A stretch of 25,259 bases of DNA from Candidatus Heimdallarchaeota archaeon (lineage in GTDB: Archaea > Asgardarchaeota > Heimdallarchaeia > JABLTI01). The position numbers and the translations under genes are program-made. The first letter of the stretch is position 1. Each line of letters starts with the position of its first letter. The DNA is taken from positions 1 through 25,259 of the forward strand of contig JAHLVW010000080.1 in assembly GCA_019058275.1 (NCBI GenBank), read 5' to 3'. The notes beneath the pieces were generated by a model that searched no databases, was not told where the DNA came from, and saw only the letters and a list, made by a program, of their open reading frames with translations. Positions 18,238-25,259 of the stretch are shown here, one piece after another.

Positions 18238-19362
18238 CTAATATGGCCACTCTTTTACTTGTTCATCTGGACAAATCCCTAGGTATTCTTTTTCCCCAAT
18301 TGGATCATCTAGTGTAAATGATTGCCATTCATTATGTGTGGGAGCTCCAAAACAAATTTCAATTTCCATTGAAGTTAGATCAAATAGCATTGACCAGGTA
18401 GTACCAAAGAATTGGGAATAGAGGTGGTCGCAGACTCCTTCAGGATATCTCTTGGAGAGTATTTCTCGAATAGTCTCCTTAGTTATATTTGGGGTTGCTT
18501 TCTCAAGTTTTGTTTGAATTATTTCGTAGCGATTCTTTGACTGGTTTAAGATACCCACATTGAACTTATTATATCCCTTTGTTTCTGGAAAATTATAATG
18601 GTTTGTTTGGAAGAGGAGTTTTTCTTCCGAGTCATTGTTTACTCGTTTGATTCCCATCTCCCCGTCTGCACATTCAATTATTGCACCCTCACCCTTTTTA
18701 TCAACTATCAGAAAATTATTGAAACCCCACTGAGGCATTTTTTCTATTTTTTTTACAGCATCAGTAGTTGATTTACAGTTTTCCAATAAAGCTCGAATAG
18801 TTACCGAAGGAACAAATCCTTTACTACTTGTTTGACGCCCAAATATTCCTCCTCCAGTAAAAGTTACACTTAGACCGTATTTGTTTACCCCATCCAATCG
18901 TCCAGTCATAAAGACAGTGAAGCCAATATGAGCTGGTTTCCCTTTTACTCGAGTAGTACATAATCGGAAATCATCGTCCTCAAGATTCCACTCATAACTC
19001 CTTCCAACTAAAATATGATTATTTTTCGTCACTGGTGCCAAAGCAGCCATTTGACTGCAGTTATTAGGAAAAGTGAAGGAGTAAAAATAAAGAGGTGATC
19101 TTTCCAGATCTAAATCCAAAACATCAGCCATTCCTTGTAGTTCATCATTGATTCCAGGGCAGTGTTCATCAAAGGCAGCATGCATTTCTTCAAAGTTATT
19201 GAATCCTATTTTTTCGAAATTCATTTTATCAGCAGTTAAGGGTTTAATAACTTCTTCCCTTTTTCTTAGAATTTCTCCTTGAAACCTCCCTATTTCATAA
19301 TGTGTGCCTTCCATAACTATGTGTTGAAATTTCTTCTCAATAATAGTAAATATTTTATCCAT
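18238..19362 (-). CDS. C45-family Ntn-hydrolase (acyl-CoA:6-APA acyltransferase-like peptidase)
   Basis: GTHYEIG..QG, EELQGMA-like segment, nucleophile N-CSQ, GRSYEW, GRLDGVNKYGL, TNHY. Confidence 0.85.
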   Translation of the reverse strand: MDKIFTIIEKKFQHIVMEGTHYEIGRFQGEILRKREEVIKPLTADKMNFEKIGFNNFEEMHAAFDEHCPGINDELQGMADVLDLDLERSPLYFYSFTFPNNCSQMAALAPVTKNNHILVGRSYEWNLEDDDFRLCTTRVKGKPAHIGFTVFMTGRLDGVNKYGLSVTFTGGGIFGRQTSSKGFVPSVTIRALLENCKSTTDAVKKIEKMPQWGFNNFLIVDKKGEGAIIECADGEMGIKRVNNDSEEKLLFQTNHYNFPETKGYNKFNVGILNQSKNRYEIIQTKLEKATPNITKETIREILSKRYPEGVCDHLYSQFFGTTWSMLFDLTSMEIEICFGAPTHNEWQSFTLDDPIGEKEYLGICPDEQVKEWPY

Positions 19363-19632
19363 GAATCCTCAACTCTTTCTGTCAACCATAAATCACTTTT
19401 TCCAAAACTAATTATATAACTTTTAATATAGCAATGTGATTAGTGAGGAAAACTAAAAGGAGAGGTTGACCAAGAACTTTTTCGTTGGAAGCTATCAATA
19501 TTTTCTTTTTCTTTTCCCATTTCTGTTTCTTGTTTATTTTCTCTATTTTTACAGCTATCTATAAAGAATTTATAATCGTTGATTTTGCTATTGAATGAGA
19601 ATTACAATTTATTTTCCATTTTCTTCATTGAG

Positions 19633-19710
19633 TTGTTCAACCACTATGTCCTTCCCACAGAAGTGTGTCATTACCAAAACGGACTTCTAGCCCTTAAAGA
19701 AGAAGTGTGG
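19633..19710 (+). repeat. Repeat copy 10 (left arm + core 19681..19708)
   Basis: CTTCCCACAGAAGTGTGTCATTACCAAAAC-GGACTTCTAGCCCTTAAAGAAGAAGTGT. Confidence 0.93.
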
Positions 19711-19760
19711 TTAATAAATAAAAAGGAAAAGTAAATTTCGGAAGAGTTTTTTCTAAAATA

Positions 19761-20225
19761 TCATAATTGTAGTAAAATGAAAACACCAATATGTAAATAT
19801 ATTTGTGAACCAACTAAAGTTAGAATTGAAAGGATTATTAATATCCATTGAAGTATCTTTCTGTTTTTATTTTTTCTAATTGTAGGTTTCCTTAGCTCCT
19901 TCAGTATTTCTAAGTAATCAATATTTGTAGTAGATTCTTTATTCTTGCCAAAATTTGAAAAAAGTATAGGACTTGTATGTAATAAAACAGTAACAAATAT
20001 AAGAAAACATGGAAGCAGCAATGTGAATGTAGATGTTCCATAGTATTGTTGATTTAGTAAACCTATGTTCTCATAAAAAAGAACAAATGATATGAAGAAC
20101 ATAACAATAGATACCATTAACAATAGAAACAATGGTAGGATTGTTACCCCATATAGTATTAATGCTAGTTTTTGTGTTTCAACTCCTTCATCATGTTCTT
20201 TTATGGACAATTTTATCCTCTCCAA
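19761..20225 (-). CDS. 3-TM membrane protein, paralog of 20637..21092 (putative orphan immunity protein)
   Basis: Shares LN..YYGT and IL.ELRKPT.RKNK.RKIL.WI...LSI..L..SQI.L.IG with the neighbour; true start may be TTG 20210 after GGAGAGG. Confidence 0.75.
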   Translation of the reverse strand: MERIKLSIKEHDEGVETQKLALILYGVTILPLFLLLMVSIVMFFISFVLFYENIGLLNQQYYGTSTFTLLLPCFLIFVTVLLHTSPILFSNFGKNKESTTNIDYLEILKELRKPTIRKNKNRKILQWILIILSILTLVGSQIYLHIGVFILLQL

Positions 20226-20399
20226 CTAGCACCATGAATAACAATTTTATTGTTGTTATTTTTACTTGCACAATGTATACTTTCACACAAAGATGAATTC
20301 TATAATAACAATTCCATTCTATTTTATTTATATCTGTTTGTTTTTTGTCAACATAAGTTAATAGACAAATTTCAAATAAATACTGGATCAATGGGCGAG

Positions 20400-20490
20400 A
20401 TACTTAACAAGCTGATACTTGCCACTTCAGCGTGTCATTACAGACCTGGACTTCTAGACCTTAAAGGAGAAGTGAGTGGCCTGAGCATCA
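20400..20490 (+). repeat. Repeat copy 11 (full length; core 20448..20475; type-B right flank)
   Basis: GATACTTGCCACTTCAGCGTGTCATTACAGACCT-GGACTTCTAGACCTTAAAGGAGAAGTGA-GTGGCCTGAGCATCA. Confidence 0.95.
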
Positions 20491-20636
20491 AATGCAGCAA
20501 AGATTCTAAATTTGGATTAATTTAGTTTTTATCAATTAAAATATATTATTGTCATAATTCTTATGTGAATTAATCCAGAATATCGATGGTAAAAAAGAAT
20601 ATATTAGAAGTTAATTCTTCTAATATAATAGACTCA

Positions 20637-21092
20637 TTATAGATAAGCCATACCAATATACAAGAAGATCTGAGAAGTTATTAATGACACTATTGAAAGA
20701 GCTAAGAATATCCAAAAAAGAATCTTTCTTCTCTTATTTTTTCGTAAAGTAGGTTTGCGTAGTTCATTGAGAATATCTCTAAAATCTGTTTCTTTGAATA
20801 CTTCTTCTTTATTTGTTTTATTTAACGGACCCAAGATTAACGGACCCAAGAAACTCATATAAATAACAATTGAGATTATGAATAGAAAAAATGGAGTCCA
20901 CATCGCTAGTGTTATAGTACCATAGTATTTGCTATTTAAAGTAAGTATTTTATCAAAAAATACTATATGTGATATACAAAAAATAATCAAAGAAAGATAC
21001 ATTAATGCTAATAGGATCGCAGCTAAAGTTATATAGATCTTCATAGCTGTTTTTTTTGCATCAATATTTCCATTCTGGTTATTCATAGTCAT
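20637..21092 (-). CDS. 3-TM membrane protein (putative immunity partner of 21123..22295)
   Basis: Three hydrophobic helices and a basic loop; starts 30 bp downstream of the secreted protein gene; 15-bp in-frame tandem duplication 20822..20851 (LGPLI-LGPLN). Confidence 0.75.
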   Translation of the reverse strand: MTMNNQNGNIDAKKTAMKIYITLAAILLALMYLSLIIFCISHIVFFDKILTLNSKYYGTITLAMWTPFFLFIISIVIYMSFLGPLILGPLNKTNKEEVFKETDFRDILNELRKPTLRKNKRRKILFWIFLALSIVSLITSQIFLYIGMAYL

Positions 21093-21122
21093 GAGTCATT
21101 TCTCCATGTAATTGTAGTCTTG

Positions 21123-22295
21123 TTAAATCCAACATATCGAAACTATCCAAACTGAGATAGCAAGTATAATTGCAATAGATACAGCTATTATTGCTAAGAT
21201 ACCACATAGTTTTGTTAATGGTGCAAAACCAGCAGTAGCTCTTGCAGCTACCTTAAAGATAGCCCAAGCTGCTATTAGAGCTCCACCAATTGTTGCAAAT
21301 ATGGCTGCTAATGACATTGATGTTGATAAGAAACCTGCTTGTCCTGCATTATCTGCCAATACTTCCAATAAATCATCAGCTTTTATTGAATAATATTTTC
21401 CTTTGGATACTCCATCATACTTGACATCATCTATTTCTACATATGTTTTGGTATCACTTTTTATACTACACCAAGCATCATATGTTATAGTATGGTATTC
21501 TAATTCATATATGCCAGTATTGTGACCTTGCTCTATGAGAAAATCTCCAGTAAATGTGAATTCTACCAATCTATATTTATGATTTAGCATGAAATTAGTT
21601 AAACTTTCAATTGCTGAATCATAATAAAGGTTCCAATACAAGTGTCCATTTAAATATGAATGTGCATATCTAAGACCATCAGCAAAAATTGTTGCATCGC
21701 TCAAATCATCATCATCATCTCCACCGGGTCCTCCAGGATCTAATTCGATAAGATAGAAGTTTCTGGTTGGATTAAATTCATAGGTTTCTGTCCAATCAAG
21801 TAGTGAAAATAAATCTTTCATAGCAGATTCAATGTCAATTTTATCATTATATGTCAGTAACTTATTGTTTTCTATCCTAATATTAGATGAGTAACATGAT
21901 AGTAAAGCAACTACTTCTTTGTTTTCAGCCATTCTGATTATTCTATTTGTTGAATAATCACTAATAAAGTACTGATTTTTAGAATCAAAATATCCATGAC
22001 CAATAATTATTAATGAGGTATCTGATTCAAATAATAATCCTGATGAATAAACCATTATAGAAATCTCAAAATTGTTTAGATCCGCTTGAATCCTTATATA
22101 GTTAGAAATTTCTGTTAATGTCTTCAAATCAAACTCATTGGTATTGGTATTTATAGTTTGATTGTCTACTTTTTTCACATCTCTTTCCATTGTATTTCTT
22201 GGCATTATTGAAACTACAGCATTCAAATTAGCAAAAATAGTTCCAATTATTACTAAAAATACTAGAACTGAATTAATTTTTTGTACCCTTTTCAT
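21123..22295 (-). CDS. Secreted protein with clan-CD (caspase/CHAT-like) His-Cys motifs, Gly/Asp linker and C-terminal hydrophobic hairpin; putative toxin
   Basis: N-terminal signal/TM; LIIIGHG ... VVALLSCYS; ELDPGGPGGDDDDD linker; two Ala/Gly-rich C-terminal hydrophobic helices; GGGAG RBS. Confidence 0.55.
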   Translation of the reverse strand: MKRVQKINSVLVFLVIIGTIFANLNAVVSIMPRNTMERDVKKVDNQTINTNTNEFDLKTLTEISNYIRIQADLNNFEISIMVYSSGLLFESDTSLIIIGHGYFDSKNQYFISDYSTNRIIRMAENKEVVALLSCYSSNIRIENNKLLTYNDKIDIESAMKDLFSLLDWTETYEFNPTRNFYLIELDPGGPGGDDDDDLSDATIFADGLRYAHSYLNGHLYWNLYYDSAIESLTNFMLNHKYRLVEFTFTGDFLIEQGHNTGIYELEYHTITYDAWCSIKSDTKTYVEIDDVKYDGVSKGKYYSIKADDLLEVLADNAGQAGFLSTSMSLAAIFATIGGALIAAWAIFKVAARATAGFAPLTKLCGILAIIAVSIAIILAISVWIVSICWI

Positions 22296-22439
22296 TAATT
22301 AACTACTCCCTTTCACAGAATTAGTTATAATAAAGTAAACAAAGATAATATATAAAAATTTCTGCTTTTTTATCAAGAGGATTTTTATTAGCTTTTGAAA
22401 ATTATCTAGAATCCAATATGATTAATACAACGTAGAAGC

Positions 22440-22512
22440 ACTTACCACCTAAGCGTGTCATTACCGAACTGGACTTCTAAACCTGAAAGAAGAAGTGAGT
22501 GACCGAGTATCA
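22440..22512 (+). repeat. Repeat copy 12 (core 22471..22498; type-B right flank)
   Basis: ACTTACCACCTAAGCGTGTCATTACCGAACT-GGACTTCTAAACCTGAAAGAAGAAGTGA-GTGACCGAGTATCA. Confidence 0.93.
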
Positions 22513-22656
22513 TTTTGTTTCTCTCTCAATTACTCTTTTGGTATTGGATTTTCGCTTAGAATCTCAAATTAAAGAAAAAAATAAAAACAAGATTAGTTTG
22601 CTTTTGCTTTATATTCTCTATACTGTTTAGAGCAAGTAGTATAATCTTTAGCAGTA

Positions 22657-22779
22657 CTATGCTTGTTTGTGGTAAAAAACATTAGAAAAAATATTTACTT
22701 GATTAATCCCAATGGTTGGAAAAACCACTAAGAAAATGGCTATTGGAAAAATCCCAATAATTTTTTTGTTTTTATTCAA
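22657..22779 (-). pseudogene. Possible signal-peptide-only remnant of a secreted protein gene (40 aa)
   Basis: GAGGT RBS, TTG, then NKNKKIIGIFPIAIFLVVFPTIGINQV...HKQA*. Confidence 0.3.
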
Positions 22780-23001
22780 AGTACCTCTCACCATCTATCA
22801 TACAATCATCAACAATATTAAGCAAATTTTCTATTATTCTTATCAATCTAGAAGAATTTATTCAATAAAATTATTGTTCATGAATTCAGCGTTCTGCTCC
22901 AAACTGAACTAACCATCCAAGACAAACACAGCGATAAAATCATTTTATTCTAAACAGAATTTTTTTAAGGAAGAGGGGAATGGTTTATTGGATGTAATAT
23001 T

Positions 23002-24183
23002 ATGAAAAAATTTCCTTCATACCTAGGGGTTAAAGCTTTTGGTGTCAAAATTGGCGCTGTTCTCCCAAGAGATAATATCGTAGAGGAGGTTTGTAAAGCG
23101 GTTAAAAAATGCCATGAAGACCATCTAATCGATGACAGGGACATCGTTTGTGTCAAGGAGTCAATCGTTGCGCGAGCACAGAATAATTTCATCTCTAAGG
23201 AAGACATTGGTAAAGAAGTAAAGGAAAAATTAAAGCTATCAAAGACGGACACGCTTGGTATACTTTTTCCGATAGCAAGCCGGAATCGGTTTGTGCCTAT
23301 CTTGGAGGGACTGGTGACAGCTGTCCCCAAGGGCAAAGTGGTCATCCAATTTTCTTATCCTAGAGATTGTGTGGGAAATCAGATCGCCCCTGAGGAGTTA
23401 GAGGAGCAACTAGGTATCAATCTTAGTAGAGAGGAGATATTTGCAGACCAATTACAAAAATATGATTTTCGTCACCCAGCCACGGGTGTGAATTATTTGA
23501 GCGTATATGAAGAGATCATCAAAAAAGCTGATGTTGAAGTAGAGATTTTCCTATCCAACAACACTAGTAAAATACTCGACCATAAGCCAAAGGGTATCCT
23601 TGTGGCGTGCATCCATGAAAGGGATAAAGTGCTTGAAAAAATAAAAAAGGTTTTTGAAAATGCTATCACTATGCAGGATCTATTCAATGACAGCAGAAGA
23701 GCAGTCTGGTCAGAGTGGGGGCTTCTCGGAACGAACATGTACTCTGAGGACAAAATAAAGCTCCCCCCGAGGGAGTCTTTTAATGTTGCTAAGACTATCC
23801 AGAAAGCAATAAACGACACTACTGGAAAAAAGGTGGAGGTAATGATATATGGTGATGGAGCGTACATGGATCCTTCAACAGGGATATATGAGCTGGCTGA
23901 TCCAGTCTGTTCCTTTGGCCACAGCGACGGGCTGAATAGAAGACGGGAAGGGATAAAATACAAATTTTTTGTTGGTACCCTACATGCCCAAGGAAAAAAG
24001 AAGGGAGAGATTGAAGAAATCATCGATGAACAAAAACAGAAAATGTATGAGATAGATAATATCTCTATGGAGGGCACCACACCCAGAAAACTTGAAGACA
24101 TAGCAGGCAGCTTAGCAGATCTCGTGAGCGGTTCCGCAGATGCTGGCACGCCACTAGTAATTATTAAAGACCTCTTACAATAA
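23002..24183 (+). CDS. F420-0:gamma-glutamyl ligase (CofE)-like family protein, long form
   Basis: GVKAFGVKIG...DNIVE, DIVCVKESIVARAQNN, VMIYGDGAY.DP..GIYELADP, EGTTPRKLEDIAGSLADLVSGSADAGTPLVII. Confidence 0.8.
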   Translation: MKKFPSYLGVKAFGVKIGAVLPRDNIVEEVCKAVKKCHEDHLIDDRDIVCVKESIVARAQNNFISKEDIGKEVKEKLKLSKTDTLGILFPIASRNRFVPILEGLVTAVPKGKVVIQFSYPRDCVGNQIAPEELEEQLGINLSREEIFADQLQKYDFRHPATGVNYLSVYEEIIKKADVEVEIFLSNNTSKILDHKPKGILVACIHERDKVLEKIKKVFENAITMQDLFNDSRRAVWSEWGLLGTNMYSEDKIKLPPRESFNVAKTIQKAINDTTGKKVEVMIYGDGAYMDPSTGIYELADPVCSFGHSDGLNRRREGIKYKFFVGTLHAQGKKKGEIEEIIDEQKQKMYEIDNISMEGTTPRKLEDIAGSLADLVSGSADAGTPLVIIKDLLQ

Positions 24184-24187
24184 AAAA

Positions 24188-24264
24188 TGGCGCATGGGAG
24201 CAGATTTGAACTGTTGCTCTCTTGTTTGTAATACTGGTGTCATAAACGACTAGACCACCATCTG
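24188..24264 (-). pseudogene. Degenerate tRNA-Val(TAC)-like sequence with encoded CCA
   Basis: Minus strand: CAGATGG TG GTCTAGTCGTTTATGAC A CCAGT ATTACAA ACAAG AGAGC AACAG TTCAAAT CTGCT CCCATGC G CCA. D-arm, T-loop, spacing and CCA are recognisable; acceptor and anticodon stems are mispaired. Confidence 0.65.
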
Positions 24265-24369
24265 TTAGGAGAACGGTTATTTGTAAGAGGGGAATAATCC
24301 TCCCCTCAGAACGTTTCTTCTTTAGATTTTTCACGTACATGGTATTACCAAGGATTCGGTTGAGATGAG

Positions 24370-24467
24370 ATGCTCAGCCAGCAGATACTTCCTACTTAAG
24401 CGTGTCATTACCGAAACGGACTTCTAGCCCTTAAAGAAGAAGTGTGCGCAGTGATTCTACTTTTTTT
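24370..24467 (+). repeat. Repeat copy 13 (full length; core 24418..24445; type-A right flank)
   Basis: ATGCTCAGCCAGCAGATACTTCCTACTTAAGCGTGTCATTACCGAAAC-GGACTTCTAGCCCTTAAAGAAGAAGTGT-GCGCAGTGATTCTAC. Confidence 0.95.
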
Positions 24468-24615
24468 TGTTTTTTTATTTGCTTAGTTTCACTAAGATTT
24501 ACATGATGAAGAAATGTGAACAACTAGTTTTTGTTTTTTAGTATCGTCAAAATCTCTGGATTTGTCGAATCAGGCAGCTTCTAGAATTCTAAAAATTATA
24601 AAGTTACACAATATT

Positions 24616-25254
24616 CTATTTGTCTTTTCTGCGACTAAAATATCTAATTGTAAAAGATGCAAATATTAAGAACAGAAATAATTGAGTCTTTTGTAAAGCT
24701 AAATTTATTGTTTGTTCATATTGAAAAGTGGGTATTCCGTTTTCTATTATTACCTTACTTCGTCTTGAATCTAAAATCGATTCACCATATTGCATTAGAT
24801 ATATCCAGAAAATATATTCTCCATCTGGTAGTGTCTTTAATCCTAATTTACTTATCCCAATAGTTGTCCAAGCTGTCTCATTTGTTAATCCTTGTGCTAT
24901 TGTAAAATCCCATTCCATATCTTGTACTTCTCGTCCATAAAAATGAATTACTTCTAGATTGGTATCATCTAGTGACCAAGTCATATTTATAAGATAATAT
25001 GATGTGATGCATCCCATGTGTAGGGTAATATCATAATTATTTTGATTTCTGGTTTGTAATTCAATATCTATTATAAATATCGTATAATTTGGTAAAGATG
25101 TGTACACACCAAAAACATGCCAATCAATTTTTGTTATATTCACTTTTACATTTTGAAGTTCTTCTTCTGCTGCTTTAATTTGCCCACTAATAGTCATTGT
25201 TAAACTAGTTAATAGAAATATGGCTAGTAGATGTTTTCTCTCCAATCTCATCAT
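24616..25254 (-). CDS. Hypothetical cell-surface protein (signal peptide, beta-rich domain, C-terminal TM + basic tail)
   Basis: N-terminal KHLLAIFLLTSLTM; LPDGEYIFW; C-terminal LFLFLIFASFTIRYFSRRKDK; several N-x-T sequons. Confidence 0.7.
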   Translation of the reverse strand: MMRLERKHLLAIFLLTSLTMTISGQIKAAEEELQNVKVNITKIDWHVFGVYTSLPNYTIFIIDIELQTRNQNNYDITLHMGCITSYYLINMTWSLDDTNLEVIHFYGREVQDMEWDFTIAQGLTNETAWTTIGISKLGLKTLPDGEYIFWIYLMQYGESILDSRRSKVIIENGIPTFQYEQTINLALQKTQLFLFLIFASFTIRYFSRRKDK

Positions 25255-25259
25255 AAACA

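Noticed and set aside
20250-20525. ORF 20250..20525 (also 9375..9557)
   Set aside because: Chance frames running through repeat copies 11 and 4; no protein-like features.
21715-21790. RHS-type DPxG autocleavage motif in the secreted protein
   Set aside because: DPGG is present but there are no YD/RHS repeats or RHS core; the similarity is likely coincidental.
24188-24264. Functional tRNA-Val
   Set aside because: Acceptor and anticodon stems do not pair; kept only as a pseudogene.
71-24445. CRISPR array
   Set aside because: Repeats are separated by 0.6-6 kb of genes rather than 30-45 bp spacers; no cas genes.
23-24467. Canonical integron attC sites / integron integrase
   Set aside because: No conserved RYYYAAC...GTTRRRY boxes on either strand, cargo lies in both orientations, and there is no intI in the window.
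10432-24940. Other short ORFs (10432, 15819, 16252, 20191, 22712, 22965, 23493, 24657, 24728)
   Set aside because: Antisense or overlapping real genes, or low-complexity with no motifs.

Overview
AT-rich, archaeal-looking accessory region. HTH_10 regulator, DUF217-type VapB and GAGGTGA-type RBS point to an archaeon; Asgard/Heimdallarchaeia-like is my inference. The main unannotated structure is a family of about 13 co-oriented intergenic repeats. Each is a ~90-100 bp element with a conserved 28-bp core, consensus GGACTTCTAG(C/A)CCTT(A/C)AAGAAGAAGTG(G/T/A), containing the dyad ACTTCT-N12-AGAAGT. The repeats cut the window into self-contained modules: a PD-(D/E)XK nuclease; an HTH_10 regulator plus a 2xSCP2-fused tungsten AOR operon (MoaD, radical SAM maturase, SDR); a serine hydrolase; an alpha/alpha-barrel protein; a decayed HNH nuclease; vapBC; a QueG-like Fe-S protein behind a duplicated ABC 5' fragment; a heterodimeric ABC exporter; a C45 peptidase; an orphan 3-TM protein; a secreted clan-CD-protease-like putative toxin with a 3-TM partner; a CofE-like ligase followed by a degenerate tRNA-Val; and a surface protein. 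This resembles a cassette array (integron/pdif-like logic) with a non-attC site. No recombinase is encoded in the window, so mobility is inferred, not shown. All product calls are from motif recognition by eye.
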